NCBI RefSeq assembly: GCF_006345805.1
Contig: NC_043004.1
Coordinates: forward strand, 72,912,001-72,976,000
Source: Octopus sinensis
Taxonomy: Eukaryota
Length of the DNA stretch: 64,000 nucleotides
Reading direction: 5' to 3'
Below, in pieces: positions 63,846-64,000 of this stretch; position 1 is the first letter of the stretch; every line of letters begins with the position of its first letter. Under the pieces are notes generated by a model. It was not told where the DNA came from. It did no database searches and worked only from the letters and a program-made list of their open reading frames with translations. The translations under genes were made by a program, and so were the position numbers.

Positions 63846-64000
63846 CTACCATTATGACCCGTCGTTGCCGGGTCATAGTGCTAGTGCATGTATATATGTG
63901 TATATATATGTGTACATATTACATGTACATCTATATATATACACCTACACATAAAATACAAAATACAAAGTTATATCTTGATATCGCTAGTGATAACAAT
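63846..64000 (-). mobile_element. 3' end of a Helitron of the same family as 18411-19568 (runs off the window)
   Basis: Reverse complement matches 19423-19568. Hairpin TATGACCCG/CGGGTCATA at 63853-63877; terminus GTAG in place of CTAG. Confidence 0.85.

Overview
AT-rich, microsatellite-saturated eukaryotic DNA. The SINE/LINE repertoire points to an octopus (coleoid cephalopod) genome; this is an inference. The only supportable host gene is the 3' end of a netrin (unc-6 family) gene on the + strand. It has three spliceable exons (a 30-nt hinge microexon at 22674-22703, a 72-nt exon at 26161-26232 and the terminal NTR/C345C exon at 40356-40675), with intron positions and phases matching my recollection of vertebrate NTN1. 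The rest is intron, 3' flank and mobile DNA: several tRNA-derived SINE families, CR1-group, RTE, L1/Tx1 and R4/Dong LINE relics, a full-length but defective DD36E Tc1-type transposon, Helitron-type elements, a Tigger/pogo fossil and Penelope-like termini. The most striking observation is a repeat present in two diverged copies (16607-16697 on -, 63450-63546 on +) plus one truncated copy. It carries every conserved hammerhead ribozyme core nucleotide, but the three strands occur in a non-circularly permuted order (cleavage strand, then GAAA strand, then CUGANGA strand), and two helices show compensatory base changes between copies. It lies in a ~1 kb direct-repeat unit inserted into a (TA)n tract. 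A separate minimal, dimer-type hammerhead lies at 5432-5477 (-). Almost all ORFs in the supplied track are microsatellite artefacts. All alignments and folds were done by eye; no database searches were run.
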